64,000 nucleotides of DNA from Diplonema japonicum (Eukaryota > Protista > Euglenozoa: Diplonemea). The notes under the pieces were generated by a model. It was given only the letters and a program-made list of their open reading frames with translations, had not been told where the DNA came from and searched no databases. The DNA lies in NCBI GenBank assembly GCA_964019335.1, contig OZ025652.1, forward strand, positions 434,001 to 498,000. Direction: 5' to 3'. Of the stretch, positions 11,056 through 21,564 are shown in pieces (position 1 is the first letter of the stretch; each line of letters begins with the position of its first letter). Made by a program: the position numbers and the translations under genes.

Positions 11056-12013
11056 CCGGATTTGTACTTATATTGTTATGTGAAAAGTCCCAAATTGGGC
11101 AAAAAATTCGAAAAAGGTACATAATATTTACAGAACACCATTAAGACAGAACATAAAAATTACAAAAATAAAAAAAAATCCCAGAAAATATCTCTAAAAA
11201 TAAAAAATCCCAAGACAAAAACAAAATACCCCCCAGCCGGGGAGGGGGTGGTATTACCGCAATTCGAGTTCACTATTGCCCAGTCCTGCACGTAAAGCAC
11301 ACCACATAGTCGCAGGACGGGCAAACCCTCCCGCGGGTGCTCATGTCATGCTCACCAGAGCATTCCGTGCACTCCCACACTGGTCTCCTTTCTAACCTGC
11401 TTGAGGGTTGCGCTGCGTTGGGGCAGGGCACCCTCGTCACGTTGTTCGTTCGCTGGCTTGGGGTCACTTGGCTTGGTGCCGCTGCTTGGCTTGGGGCTGA
11501 GGCTTCTTGGTCAGGCATTTCTTCTTCTTCTTCTGCTTCTTCGTCAGAAGAAGGCGCATCAGAAATGGCCTCTATGTCGAGGTGGTCACGGATGCAGACC
11601 CGGGTGGGAGATCGTTAAAAAGGTAAGCGAACTGCCCGGATTGTGGTTTCTGTTAGCTTGCGGTAAGCCTCGACACCCCAGGCAAGAACAAAAGGACGCA
11701 TAATCTTTGTCCTTTTGTCAACCTCTAGCATTGCTGATTTTGCAATCTGTGAAGGTGTCGGGGCAGGGGAGGCCACGGGGTTGGCAACAGCAGCAACGGG
11801 ACCGGCAACAACAGAAGCACCAGGCGCGGCAACAGGACGAACGGGAACAGAAGCCGGACCAACAGAAGTAAGAAGGGCTTCTCTTCTGTGTCTTTTCCGC
11901 TCTTTCTTTATCTGGGCCTTCAGGGCGTCCGCATACCTTGTTTTGAAAATGGAAACCAAAAAGTAGATCTTGTACACCACAAACGTGGCTTTGATTTTAG
12001 TGGGGCCTGTCCT

Positions 12014-12048
<35 letters not shown>

Positions 12049-12196
12049 CAGGCCAAAAATAATAAAAATAGTTTTTTTGTATTGTTCTGTAAAAAGTCCC
12101 AAGTTGGGTCCAAAATCCGAAAAAGGTACATAATTTATACAGTACACTAAATCCCTAGACCATTATTAAAACTGAACAATATAAATACAAATCCGG
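11056..12196. mobile_element. Non-autonomous TIR DNA transposon with TA target-site duplication
   Basis: TA|CCGGATTTGTACTTATATTGTT ... AACAATATAAATACAAATCCGG|TA (21/22 inverted match). A ~67-bp subterminal direct repeat lies at 11071-11138 and 12080-12146. Confidence 0.75.
11273..12010 (-). pseudogene. Frameshifted ORF inside the TIR element, ending in a Cys/His zinc-finger-like segment
   Basis: ORFs 11615-11980 and 11273-11518 abut in different frames; C-terminus WECTECSGEH...CPSCDYVVCFTC. Confidence 0.45.
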
Positions 12197-12265
12197 TAAA
12201 AAAAAAACATCTATGTAGCGATTTCTTCTTCTTCTTCTTCTGTTCCCTTTTCAAAGAAACCTTGT

Positions 12266-15200
12266 TCAGTTGTCAGAGTCAACCGAGTTGTCAATGTCGG
12301 TAAGTGTCCAGTGGGGGGACACCGTGGTTCCTGTGTTGTGTTTTTGAACATTCCCTACCACCGCTATGCTGTGCATACCGAGCTGGAGTTGCTGAGAATG
12401 GAACTCGGGAAGGGCCAGCCTCTTCGAGATGGTGATGCATGTGGTACCGTTCTTGTTGATTTGTGTGTAAAGGTCCTTCTCTACATCTACAGAGACGGCA
12501 TCAGTGCACTCATCTAGGACGGCGAAGGCAGGGCTGTGGTACAGAATCCTTGCAATGCCCAGGCGCTGCTGCTCTCCCAACGACAGGACGTGTTCCCACT
12601 GCTCGACCTTGTCTAGACCAGCTGCTTCGTTCTCCACCACCTTCACAGGCTCGCCGCCTTGTTCAGTGATGAGCTTCACAGCTGCTTCACATGCGGAGTT
12701 CCCGCCACGCAGCACCACGCCTGTGCCGTCGATCTGAACCTGCACCCTGCACCCCTGCTCAAGATCCCCCTTTAGCGGCTTCAACTTCTGCAGCACATCC
12801 TTGCTCAGCTCCAGCACCTGTTTCCTCTCCCTCGACACCAACCTCTTGATCCCCACCATATCCAAGCACTTCGTCATCGCATCCTCCATCGCCTTCGTCC
12901 TCTTCACGTCTTTCTTCGGGTACATCACCTGCGCGGCGAGTGTCCCTGTTACCATGTACAACTTCTGCGGCACCAGCGACACGCCTCCAATGGGCTTCGT
13001 GACGCCCTTCGCCTCCCATAGACCCGCCAGCACCCTGAAGAACGAGGTCTTCCCCACGCCGTTGGGACCTGTCACCAGCAAGGACTTTCCTGGGTTCACT
13101 TCGCAGTTGATGCCCGACACGATGGTGCGCTGCGTGGGGGTCACAATGTCCACGTCAGAGAAGGTGATCTTCCTGTCATCCTTAGCACCCTCGTTCACGG
13201 GTGTTAGCTGAGCGAAGGCATCAAGCATCTCGCACACCCTAGTGCTGGCACCACCAAACTTGGTGAGGGGCTCGTAGAGACTAGCGAGTTTCCCGAAGGA
13301 GTCGATAGACTGGGTGGTACCGTGCTTGATAAAGTTCAACACTTCCGGAGAAGCACCAGTGGCGAGGGCCACCTGCAGCTGCAGGAACATCGTGAAGATG
13401 GACGAGGAGGAGACCATCTGCGAGGGATCCTCTACGTCCTTCATGAAGCATAGGGAAAGGGCCTTGAAGAAGCCCTCCTTGCGCCTTGCGACCTTCTGTT
13501 GGCCGACAAGCCTCTCAAGGTAGCCGTCCGCAATCTCTGCCTCTCTAGCACCGCCACCGAAGAAGGCAATGCTCTCGGAGTGATTACGCAGACGGTTGTG
13601 AACGAAGGCAAACTGCCCCTCGAGCTTTTGCTCCAGCCTGACGAGCGTGTCGTGATCGGGCATGAAATACTTTACGATGGCAGACACACCCATCATATAC
13701 ATGTACATGGGGGCCAGCTGCTCAGTGCTCATGATCTGCCTCATCCTGTAAGAGATCCACAGCACGTTGGCCAGGGGCTGGATCGACTTCGAGAGCACCG
13801 CAGAGAGGTGGTTCGAGAGATCTTGGACTTCCTGTGTCATCCTCTGCTCGGGGTCCGCAACCCTCCCATCAATGTTCTTGATCCTGTAGTATGCGTTGTT
13901 CGACATGAAGAGCTTCTGCACGTGCTTAGCCAGAGCATCCTGCCATTGGATGGAAATACTGCTCTGCATGTACGACACAGACACCTCCAGGAAGGCCGTT
14001 GCGATGTCCTGCACTGCGTTGAGGGCGGCGTACTTCACGAAGGCGTCTTTGTTCCTGTCGACGGCAGCCTTCAGCAGCTTGCCTGTGACCACAGTCGACA
14101 CTTCGTGCATCCACGTCCTGCACAGGATAGAGGCAACCAGCATCACTGTCTTGGTCGTCGATCCAGGAAGCACAATGCGCAGCAGCTGAACAAGCTTGCT
14201 GACGAAGCTCCTCTTCGGAAGCGGGTTGCGCTTCTTACCACCTGCTTTCTCTAGCGAAGTGGACAAGGCGATCTCGTGCGACTTACCTGTGAGGTCAGGG
14301 GTCGGGAGCTTCTTGACTTCCCAGCCACCGTTGCTGCCTTCTCCCTTGAGGTGGAGGTTCGTGGAGTGGTAAGCCTTGAGAGCGGGTCTGTGGCAGATGG
14401 TGATGTAGGTGATGCCACGCTTGAAGCACTCCTCGTACAGCATCTTCTCAACGTCCTGCGACACGGCGCTGGTGCACTCATCGAGGATGGCGTACTTCGG
14501 GTTGTGGTAGAACAGCCTGGCCATCGCAAGACGCTGCTGCTCACCAAGCGAGAGTCTTTCCTCCCAGTTAGTGGTGTCGTCGTTGTTGGTGGACTCGTCG
14601 TCGAGAAGGTGCAGCAGGTCCACCTGCTTCAAGAGGTCGATGAGCTTGGACCTTGGAATCTTCACACTGCCGCTGGCAGGGTAGGTAAGCTGATCCTCCA
14701 GCGTCCCCAGCACGTTGTACGGCTTTTGAGGAAGGTAGAAGATGTCGGCGCAGAGTCCGTCGGTGTTGGCACCCGGCTTGGAAATGACACCCTCGCGGAT
14801 GGGCCAGAGGCCCCCAAGGCAACGGAAGATGGAGGATTTGCCAGCACCGTTGTGGCCTGTGAGGAGAAGGCAGTTGCCTTCCGTGACGTCGAAGGAGAGG
14901 TCACGGACCAGCATGTTGCCGGAAGGGGTGTAGACGTTGACGTTCTTGAACTCAATGTGTTTCGCCTCCTTGAGGGAGTGCACGGCGGCGTGGGAATGTT
15001 GAGTCGTCAGCTCATCGAGCGTGTCGAACAGCGTGCAGAGGGACCTTGCAGAGGGGTACATGTGCTGCGCAGTGGCATGCAGAGTGAGCAAGTTCCCGTT
15101 CCCGACCAACATTTCAATCATCAGTTCAGACGAGTGCGATGTGTCACTAACGAGCCCGCCAAGTGTGGCAGCGTCGGTCCTCTTCAGCACCGGGTACAGG

Positions 15201-16228
15201 ATGAATGACTGGATCCACGACCTGCACCCATACGTGTAGAACACTTTAAAGACCAGATCGTGCAGGGACGAGGCCTTGTTGAGGTCCTGTGCAGCACCGG
15301 TCACTTTCTTGTACGAGTTCGACAGGATTGCCGCTTCGGTCTCTGTGCCGTCGAGCGCAGCGATGGCCTCGGAGTGGGTTTGGATACGTTTAGTGGCCTT
15401 GTGGTACCCGCCTTCCGCGGCTTTCTGCGACCTCCATAAGATCCCGATGTTCTTGGGGAAGATTCGCTGGGCAATCTCGTACGCGAGGAGGAGGTATATG
15501 TGAGGGATCATGGCGTGCGTGATGCCGTGTCCTGCGGCAAGCTTGTATGTGAACCAGACGATGGGGGGGAGCGACTTGATCAGAAGCGCGACAAGCGTGA
15601 CAAGACGTGTAGAGGTCGACGTGACCTCACGGATGATGGTGCTGTCCGCATCTGGGATCGCCTTGGGCTTCTTCGTCGTCCCGATGTAGTAGTAGTTCAT
15701 CGTTGCGAAGTACTTTCGATGGATTTCCTGCGTGAGCTTCTGCCTCCACAGAACGACAAGCCTCTCTCTGCAGTACGAAATGGCAGCGTTGATGAAGGCG
15801 CCGAAGAGGGCGAAGCTCAGAGCTCGTTTCCCTATGGTGAAGAAGAGGTCCATGTTCTTTTCATATACAGATTTTGTCAGCATTCTCACCACAGTCGAGG
15901 AGGTGTCCATTAGGTAGGTTCTCAGAACGGAGAGCATCAGCATGGCAAATATTTCACCCCTTCCCACCCCCTCTGGGGAGCCCATCGCTGCTGTGAACTT
16001 TGGCCACACGACACCTAAGAGTCTTTTTACGTAGTCCTTCGGGTCACTTCCTAGCCAGCTGCTGCCCCCGATCAAGTCTCTGATCAGTAAAATCACATAT
16101 CGCAGCACATCGATAATTTTGATTTTACTGAGCACGCCTGTTGGCTTTGGTTTCCTTGCCACTCTCCCCCCGGCGCTGCTTGCCGTGCTGCTTGATGATC
16201 TTGCAGGCGGTTTTGGTTTGTCGGACAT
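12266..16228 (-). CDS. Full-size (TMD-NBD-TMD-NBD) ABCD peroxisomal/glycosomal fatty acyl-CoA transporter
   Basis: Two EAA-like motifs (SEAIAAL, SESIAFFGG), Walker A GHNGAGKS and GPNGVGKT, two LSLGEQQR signatures and two Walker B LDECT. Confidence 0.93.
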   Translation of the reverse strand: MSDKPKPPARSSSSTASSAGGRVARKPKPTGVLSKIKIIDVLRYVILLIRDLIGGSSWLGSDPKDYVKRLLGVVWPKFTAAMGSPEGVGRGEIFAMLMLSVLRTYLMDTSSTVVRMLTKSVYEKNMDLFFTIGKRALSFALFGAFINAAISYCRERLVVLWRQKLTQEIHRKYFATMNYYYIGTTKKPKAIPDADSTIIREVTSTSTRLVTLVALLIKSLPPIVWFTYKLAAGHGITHAMIPHIYLLLAYEIAQRIFPKNIGILWRSQKAAEGGYHKATKRIQTHSEAIAALDGTETEAAILSNSYKKVTGAAQDLNKASSLHDLVFKVFYTYGCRSWIQSFILYPVLKRTDAATLGGLVSDTSHSSELMIEMLVGNGNLLTLHATAQHMYPSARSLCTLFDTLDELTTQHSHAAVHSLKEAKHIEFKNVNVYTPSGNMLVRDLSFDVTEGNCLLLTGHNGAGKSSIFRCLGGLWPIREGVISKPGANTDGLCADIFYLPQKPYNVLGTLEDQLTYPASGSVKIPRSKLIDLLKQVDLLHLLDDESTNNDDTTNWEERLSLGEQQRLAMARLFYHNPKYAILDECTSAVSQDVEKMLYEECFKRGITYITICHRPALKAYHSTNLHLKGEGSNGGWEVKKLPTPDLTGKSHEIALSTSLEKAGGKKRNPLPKRSFVSKLVQLLRIVLPGSTTKTVMLVASILCRTWMHEVSTVVTGKLLKAAVDRNKDAFVKYAALNAVQDIATAFLEVSVSYMQSSISIQWQDALAKHVQKLFMSNNAYYRIKNIDGRVADPEQRMTQEVQDLSNHLSAVLSKSIQPLANVLWISYRMRQIMSTEQLAPMYMYMMGVSAIVKYFMPDHDTLVRLEQKLEGQFAFVHNRLRNHSESIAFFGGGAREAEIADGYLERLVGQQKVARRKEGFFKALSLCFMKDVEDPSQMVSSSSIFTMFLQLQVALATGASPEVLNFIKHGTTQSIDSFGKLASLYEPLTKFGGASTRVCEMLDAFAQLTPVNEGAKDDRKITFSDVDIVTPTQRTIVSGINCEVNPGKSLLVTGPNGVGKTSFFRVLAGLWEAKGVTKPIGGVSLVPQKLYMVTGTLAAQVMYPKKDVKRTKAMEDAMTKCLDMVGIKRLVSRERKQVLELSKDVLQKLKPLKGDLEQGCRVQVQIDGTGVVLRGGNSACEAAVKLITEQGGEPVKVVENEAAGLDKVEQWEHVLSLGEQQRLGIARILYHSPAFAVLDECTDAVSVDVEKDLYTQINKNGTTCITISKRLALPEFHSQQLQLGMHSIAVVGNVQKHNTGTTVSPHWTLTDIDNSVDSDN

Positions 16229-17429
16229 TTTTCTTTTTTTTTTTCGCCCTTTTATCCTACAAAATTCAGTTTAAAATGAAACAAGAGGGGGGGGGGGGGG
16301 GGGAGAAAAAACAGTGAAGAACAAGCAGGATAAAGAAGTCTTGGAAAAAAAATGCGAGAAAGAATAGTGGGGGAGGGGGAGGGGGGGGAGTTTTTTTTTA
16401 TCGCCGATTTTTTTTTTCCAGTCGCGTCCCGCTCATTTCAAAGTACGTTATGAAATAAAAATCTCCTTCGATATAGGAGTTGTTAAAAAAAAAAAAGAAA
16501 TTATTAAGGGGGAGGGGGAAAGCTAACCCAAGGACTTAGAGAGAAACAAAGAAAAGGAGAGAAAGAGAAGAAAGAAGAAAAGGTACCAAAAGTTTAAAGA
16601 AAACCCTAAAATAAAATTAAAAAAAAAGCAGACGAGCTTTTTGCCGCTTTGGTCAAGACCAGCGAGAAGAAAGTTACGATGGGGAGGGAGGGATAAAAGA
16701 ATTGGGTTCGATTTTCTTTTTATCCCTTGTTAGGTAAAAAATAATAACAAATAAAAAAAATAAAAAAAAAGCTGCCACATCCTTTATTATTTTTATAAAA
16801 GAATCTTTTCTTCCAGCTTTTGCCACGAACAAGAGTACATTGAAAAAAAAATGGAAAAAAAAAGAAGGGGGGAAATCCTGAGGGGAAAAAAAACGAGAAT
16901 TCTTTTTATCGTACAAAAAAAAAAAAAAAAAAAAAAAAAAGAAGAAGAAGAAAAAAGAAACAACGCAACGGCCACTCATCACTACAAGGGGAATAAAAAA
17001 AAATAGGGGAAACCAGCACTCAATAAACATCAAGGCTGGGAGGCGCACGGTGCGATTTCAATTTTTTATTTTCTCTTTCTTTTTTTTTCTTTTTTTTCTT
17101 TTGTAATTACCATTCTCATTCTTTTTCGTTTCCATTATACCCCTCCTTTTTTTTATTTTTTTATTTATTTTTCCCCGTCCACATTCACAGCTTTGTTGTG
17201 ACAGAAAAGAAACAAATACGGGGTAAAACAGGGACAAACGGTATGACGACGGGGAGAAGGGAAGGGGGGATAAATAAAAAAAAGGGGGTAGTACGCGAAC
17301 AACAGATTTTGTTTCCTGTCGCAATGTGTCGCTTTTTTTTTTTTTTTTTTTTTTTTTGCACAAAAGATTAAAATGAAAGAATAGGGAAAAAAAAAAAAAG
17401 AAGAAGAAAAAAATGCGTGTTACATCACA

Positions 17430-18434
17430 CTAGGCAGAGCAAGCCTTGTCGAGAACACCGCCAACGGTGACAGGCTGGACAGAGGGGGTGCCCATCATGG
17501 GGACAAGATCGTTCCTGTAGATCTCCTCAGGGTTGAAGTCAGCCTCAAGGACATCAAGGTGCTTGCAGAACTTCCCAACCTTCTCCCAGTCACGGTCCAC
17601 GTTGAGAAGAGTGCGAGAGAAGTACGGAAGAGTGCGGTCGAAGATCTTCGAGTAGAGCTGCGTCCTCAGACGGGGGTTAGCAATGCACATCTCCTCCCAT
17701 GCCTGCTCGGGGAACTCAATCGTGAAGTCAGTCCCACGGCGCACAGCCCTCAGGAAGGCAGCCACGTGCTCCTCGTTCCCCTGCAGGTACTTCTCGTTGG
17801 CAACGTACTGGATGGAGCAGAAGCAGCAGCACCCCAATCCATTCAGCTCATCGATCCTCAGAAGCCCAGCCTCCTCGCCGGTCAGCTCTTCCAATTCAAT
17901 CCTCTGGAAGTTCGTGAAACCAATCCCAGCGTCCACCACATCCCTCATGATGGCATCAGACACGTTCATCCCCACCCTCACCGTCTCGAAGGAGTCGAGG
18001 GGGATGCCTGCCTGCTTCGCAAGATCCTCCACCATCACCTTCCCGAAGTGGCCGATGTACCCAATGCGCTTTCCCTTGATGTCGTCGATCGTGTCCAGCT
18101 TGGTGGTCTTCTTGTACAGCAGCCCCGTGGGAGGCTCGTCCAGAAGCGTCCCAACAGAGGTCATGTTCAGCCCCCTGTCCTTTGCGGCAAGGATGTGGAT
18201 CATGGCCTTCAACCCAAGAGGGATGGCACCATCCCCGATGATCTCCGTCACGTCAGAGGGGTTCGTGGTCTCGAGGACAGCGAGGTCGATGCCTTCTTCC
18301 TCGAACCAGCCCTTCTGTTTTGCCACGAAGATGGGTGTGTGGTAGGGGTTGGCGTACCAGTTGAGGAGGAACGTCGTCTTGGGGCTGGCGGCCTGTGTCA
18401 TGAAGCGCCTCTGCATCATCTTAATGCTCAACAT
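17430..18434 (-). CDS. THI5: HMP-P (thiamine pyrimidine) synthase THI5/NMT1, copy 1
   Basis: LLNWYANPYH, KAMIH (PLP-binding Lys and substrate His) and the diagnostic GLGCCCFCS motif; intronless. Confidence 0.93.
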   Translation of the reverse strand: MLSIKMMQRRFMTQAASPKTTFLLNWYANPYHTPIFVAKQKGWFEEEGIDLAVLETTNPSDVTEIIGDGAIPLGLKAMIHILAAKDRGLNMTSVGTLLDEPPTGLLYKKTTKLDTIDDIKGKRIGYIGHFGKVMVEDLAKQAGIPLDSFETVRVGMNVSDAIMRDVVDAGIGFTNFQRIELEELTGEEAGLLRIDELNGLGCCCFCSIQYVANEKYLQGNEEHVAAFLRAVRRGTDFTIEFPEQAWEEMCIANPRLRTQLYSKIFDRTLPYFSRTLLNVDRDWEKVGKFCKHLDVLEADFNPEEIYRNDLVPMMGTPSVQPVTVGGVLDKACSA

Positions 18435-19236
18435 TTCTTTTTCTTTTTGTGGTGTTGAAAGGGAAAGAGAGGTTGCTGTGTATTTTTTTTTTCTTTTTTT
18501 TTTTTTGCGAGTGAGAAAAAAAAAGAAAAGGAAAAAAAAAGAGGGGGGGAATCAGAAAAAAGAAAAAAAAAGGAAAAAAAATGTGTGTATAAATCGGTAT
18601 CAATTCACAAACTGCAGCGAGCGGCCTACGAACCCAGCGGAAGGGGTGCACGGGATTCTACTTGTTCTCTTGTTTTTTTTTTTTTTTTTTTTTTTTTTTC
18701 TTCTTCTTTTGCGCGAAAAAATAAAAAGCAGAATTCTATACACCACCCGCGGTACCGTGTGTTAAAAAAATCAGATTGTTAACCGTTTGGTAAAAAATAA
18801 TAAGAGAGGAAAGAGGAGGATAAAAAAAATTGTTTAATACAGGGAGAATGGAGCTTTATGTTTCCTTTCTTGCTTCTTTTTTTTTTTTTTCTCCTCCCCT
18901 TTTTTATTTCGCCTCCTTTTTCTCTTTTGAGGCTTATCTTGTTCAGGTTCTTTAAAGGGGAATTGGGAAGAGGGGAAAAGACAGAAATTTGTAACCCCAG
19001 AAGTTAAATTCTTTTTTTTTTTACAGGGAGGGTACGTTAGCATAACATAAGGGGGGAAAGCAGTCAATCGATTTTAATCTGCTTTCTCTCTTTTTTTTCT
19101 TTCTTTTTTTTTTTGTTTCTCCCTTCTATTTAATAAGGTTATGGTCGTCCGTGTAACAAAAGAAAATAAAAACAAAGTAAAAAAAAAGGGGGGGGGAGTC
19201 GCGAAGAAAGAAACATCGTTGCCACTTACCAAGAGC

Positions 19237-20241
19237 TTAGGCAGAGCAAGCCTTGTCGAGAACACCGCCAACGGTGACAGGCTGGACAGAGGGGGTGCCC
19301 ATCATGGGGACAAGATCGTTCCTGTAGATCTCCTCAGGGTTGAAGTCAGCCTCAAGGACATCAAGGTGCTTGCAGAACTTCCCAACCTTCTCCCAGTCAC
19401 GGTCCACGTTGAGAAGAGTGCGAGAGAAGTACGGAAGAGTGCGGTCGAAGATCTTCGAGTAGAGCTGCGTCCTCAGACGGGGGTTGGCAATGCACATCTC
19501 CTCCCATGCCTGCTCGGGGAACTCAATCGTGAAGTCAGTCCCACGGCGCACAGCCCTCAGGAAGGCAGCCACGTGCTCCTCGTTCCCCTGCAGGTACTTC
19601 TCGTTGGCAACGTACTGGATGGAGCAGAAGCAGCAGCACCCCAATCCATTCAGCTCATCGATCCTCAGAAGCCCAGCCTCCTCGCCGGTCAGCTCTTCCA
19701 ATTCAATCCTCTGGAAGTTCGTGAAACCAATCCCAGCGTCCACCACATCCCTCATGATGGCATCAGACACGTTCATCCCCACCCTCACCGTCTCGAAGGA
19801 GTCGAGGGGGATGCCTGCCTGCTTCGCAAGATCCTCCACCATCACCTTCCCGAAGTGGCCGATGTACCCAATGCGCTTTCCCTTGATGTCGTCGATCGTG
19901 TCCAGCTTGGTGGTCTTCTTGTACAGCAGCCCCGTGGGAGGCTCGTCCAGAAGCGTCCCAACAGAGGTCATGTTCAGCCCCCTGTCCTTTGCGGCAAGGA
20001 TGTGGATCATGGCCTTCAACCCAAGAGGGATGGCACCATCCCCGATGATCTCCGTCACGTCAGAGGGGTTCGTGGTCTCGAGGACAGCGAGGTCGATGCC
20101 TTCTTCCTCGAACCAGCCCTTCTGTTTTGCCACGAAGATGGGTGTGTGGTAGGGGTTGGCGTACCAGTTGAGGAGGAACGTCGTCTTGGGGCTGGCGGCC
20201 TGTGTCATGAAGCGCCTCTGCATCATCTTAATGCTCAACAT
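19237..20241 (-). CDS. THI5: HMP-P synthase THI5/NMT1, copy 2 (identical protein)
   Basis: Same 334-aa translation as copy 1, offset by 1807 bp. Confidence 0.93.
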   Translation of the reverse strand: MLSIKMMQRRFMTQAASPKTTFLLNWYANPYHTPIFVAKQKGWFEEEGIDLAVLETTNPSDVTEIIGDGAIPLGLKAMIHILAAKDRGLNMTSVGTLLDEPPTGLLYKKTTKLDTIDDIKGKRIGYIGHFGKVMVEDLAKQAGIPLDSFETVRVGMNVSDAIMRDVVDAGIGFTNFQRIELEELTGEEAGLLRIDELNGLGCCCFCSIQYVANEKYLQGNEEHVAAFLRAVRRGTDFTIEFPEQAWEEMCIANPRLRTQLYSKIFDRTLPYFSRTLLNVDRDWEKVGKFCKHLDVLEADFNPEEIYRNDLVPMMGTPSVQPVTVGGVLDKACSA

Positions 20242-20328
20242 TTCTTTTTTTTTTTTCTTTTGTGGTGTTGAAAGGAAGGCTGTAGGATGTTATGGCTGGG
20301 GGGAACAAGGGGGAAAGTATCGGTGCCG

Positions 20329-21177
20329 TCATTCACAAACTGCAGCGAGCAGCCTGCGAATCCCAGGGAACTGGGTTCGCCGGCGTGTGCTCGGGTCTTG
20401 TCGGACGGTCTCGTCTAGCAGTGCGTCGCACTCGGTGGCCATGTGGAGGTATTGGTTGCGAGCAGCAAGGACGTCGCTTGCCAGGCGGCTTCGTGACAGA
20501 GTAAGATGGTGCCTAGCCCAGCGATGCGAGTCTTCAGAAGCTTGCGTGATGATGTGTTTCATTGCAGCTTGAGAAGCTCTGGTGTCTTGCAGAAGCAGCA
20601 TATTTTGAACGTCTCGCTCCTCTTTGAACATTTGCAGGTCGAGGTCATTGCGAGCCCGCCTCTCCTCGGCATGGATGGATTGTCTTTTCGATGCTTCACT
20701 GCTGCCAAACTGTGTGAAAAGCTCAGTTCTTCTGTTGCGTTTCTGTTCATCTCGTTTCTCTTGCAACGCTGTCTCCGCTTGTTTCAAAGCGAGTCGCTTC
20801 GCGTCGGCACGCTTGCGTCTTTCCTTCACCGCAGCGCGAGAGTTTTCCTGAAGCGTTGCAACTGCGTACCTCCTATTCAGGATATCCTCTTCCTTGTCCC
20901 GTTGCTTAGTCTCCATTGTGCCCTTCACCATCAGATTGAACAGCGCGGCGTCCGCGTCGTACTGCTGTTGCCTGTACAGTTTGTTCTTCAGAGTGGTTTC
21001 ACGTTCTCTTTCCGTGTTCCTCTGTTTTTTCCTTTCCTCTTGTATCACATTCGCATAAGCACTGCTTGCCTCGTTGACAACCGCCGAGATCTCTGCCCTT
21101 GTTTCATTGCACCGCCGCTCAGTGTGCCTCATATTCAGCAGGCTCAGTTTCTTTTCCAACATCTCTAGCTCGTGCAT
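20329..21177 (-). CDS. Coiled-coil protein of unknown function
   Basis: Open ~282-aa E/K/R/Q-rich helical ORF starting at MHELEMLEKK. Confidence 0.7.
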   Translation of the reverse strand: MHELEMLEKKLSLLNMRHTERRCNETRAEISAVVNEASSAYANVIQEERKKQRNTERERETTLKNKLYRQQQYDADAALFNLMVKGTMETKQRDKEEDILNRRYAVATLQENSRAAVKERRKRADAKRLALKQAETALQEKRDEQKRNRRTELFTQFGSSEASKRQSIHAEERRARNDLDLQMFKEERDVQNMLLLQDTRASQAAMKHIITQASEDSHRWARHHLTLSRSRLASDVLAARNQYLHMATECDALLDETVRQDPSTRRRTQFPGIRRLLAAVCE

Positions 21178-21257
21178 GTTGAAATGGGTGAGAGGAGGCT
21201 TTCTGTGATTTTCTTTTTTTTTTTCCCCAGCACACCGAAGAGAGGAAGAACAAAAAA

Positions 21258-21295
<38 letters not shown>

Positions 21296-21564
21296 AATAC
21301 CAACCACACTATAAAAGAAAGAATAAAAATCGAGGAAACTCTTTAAAAACAAAAAAAAATTGTGGAAACATCACGATTGAGGGTTGTGGAAGTTCAGGAG
21401 GGCTCTTAGTTCCTTTTTTTTTTTTTTTTTTTTCCTTTTTTATATATTCCCTTTGAGAGTGTAAGATATTCCTCTCTCGTTCTTAACACCCTCTTTCTTT
21501 CTGTTCTTTTTTTTTTTTTTTTGTTTTCTCTTTTAAATTAGCGTGTACTCGAGGTAGGGTGGAT

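Noticed and set aside
18440-18780. TPP riboswitch upstream of THI5 (as in fungal NMT1)
   Set aside because: No CTGAGA or CCTGA..TAAT..GCG.AGG core found upstream of either copy.
13499-20271. Long plus-strand ORFs (e.g. 14276-15208, 17559-18458, 19141-20271)
   Set aside because: Antisense shadows of GC3-rich minus-strand genes with no domains.
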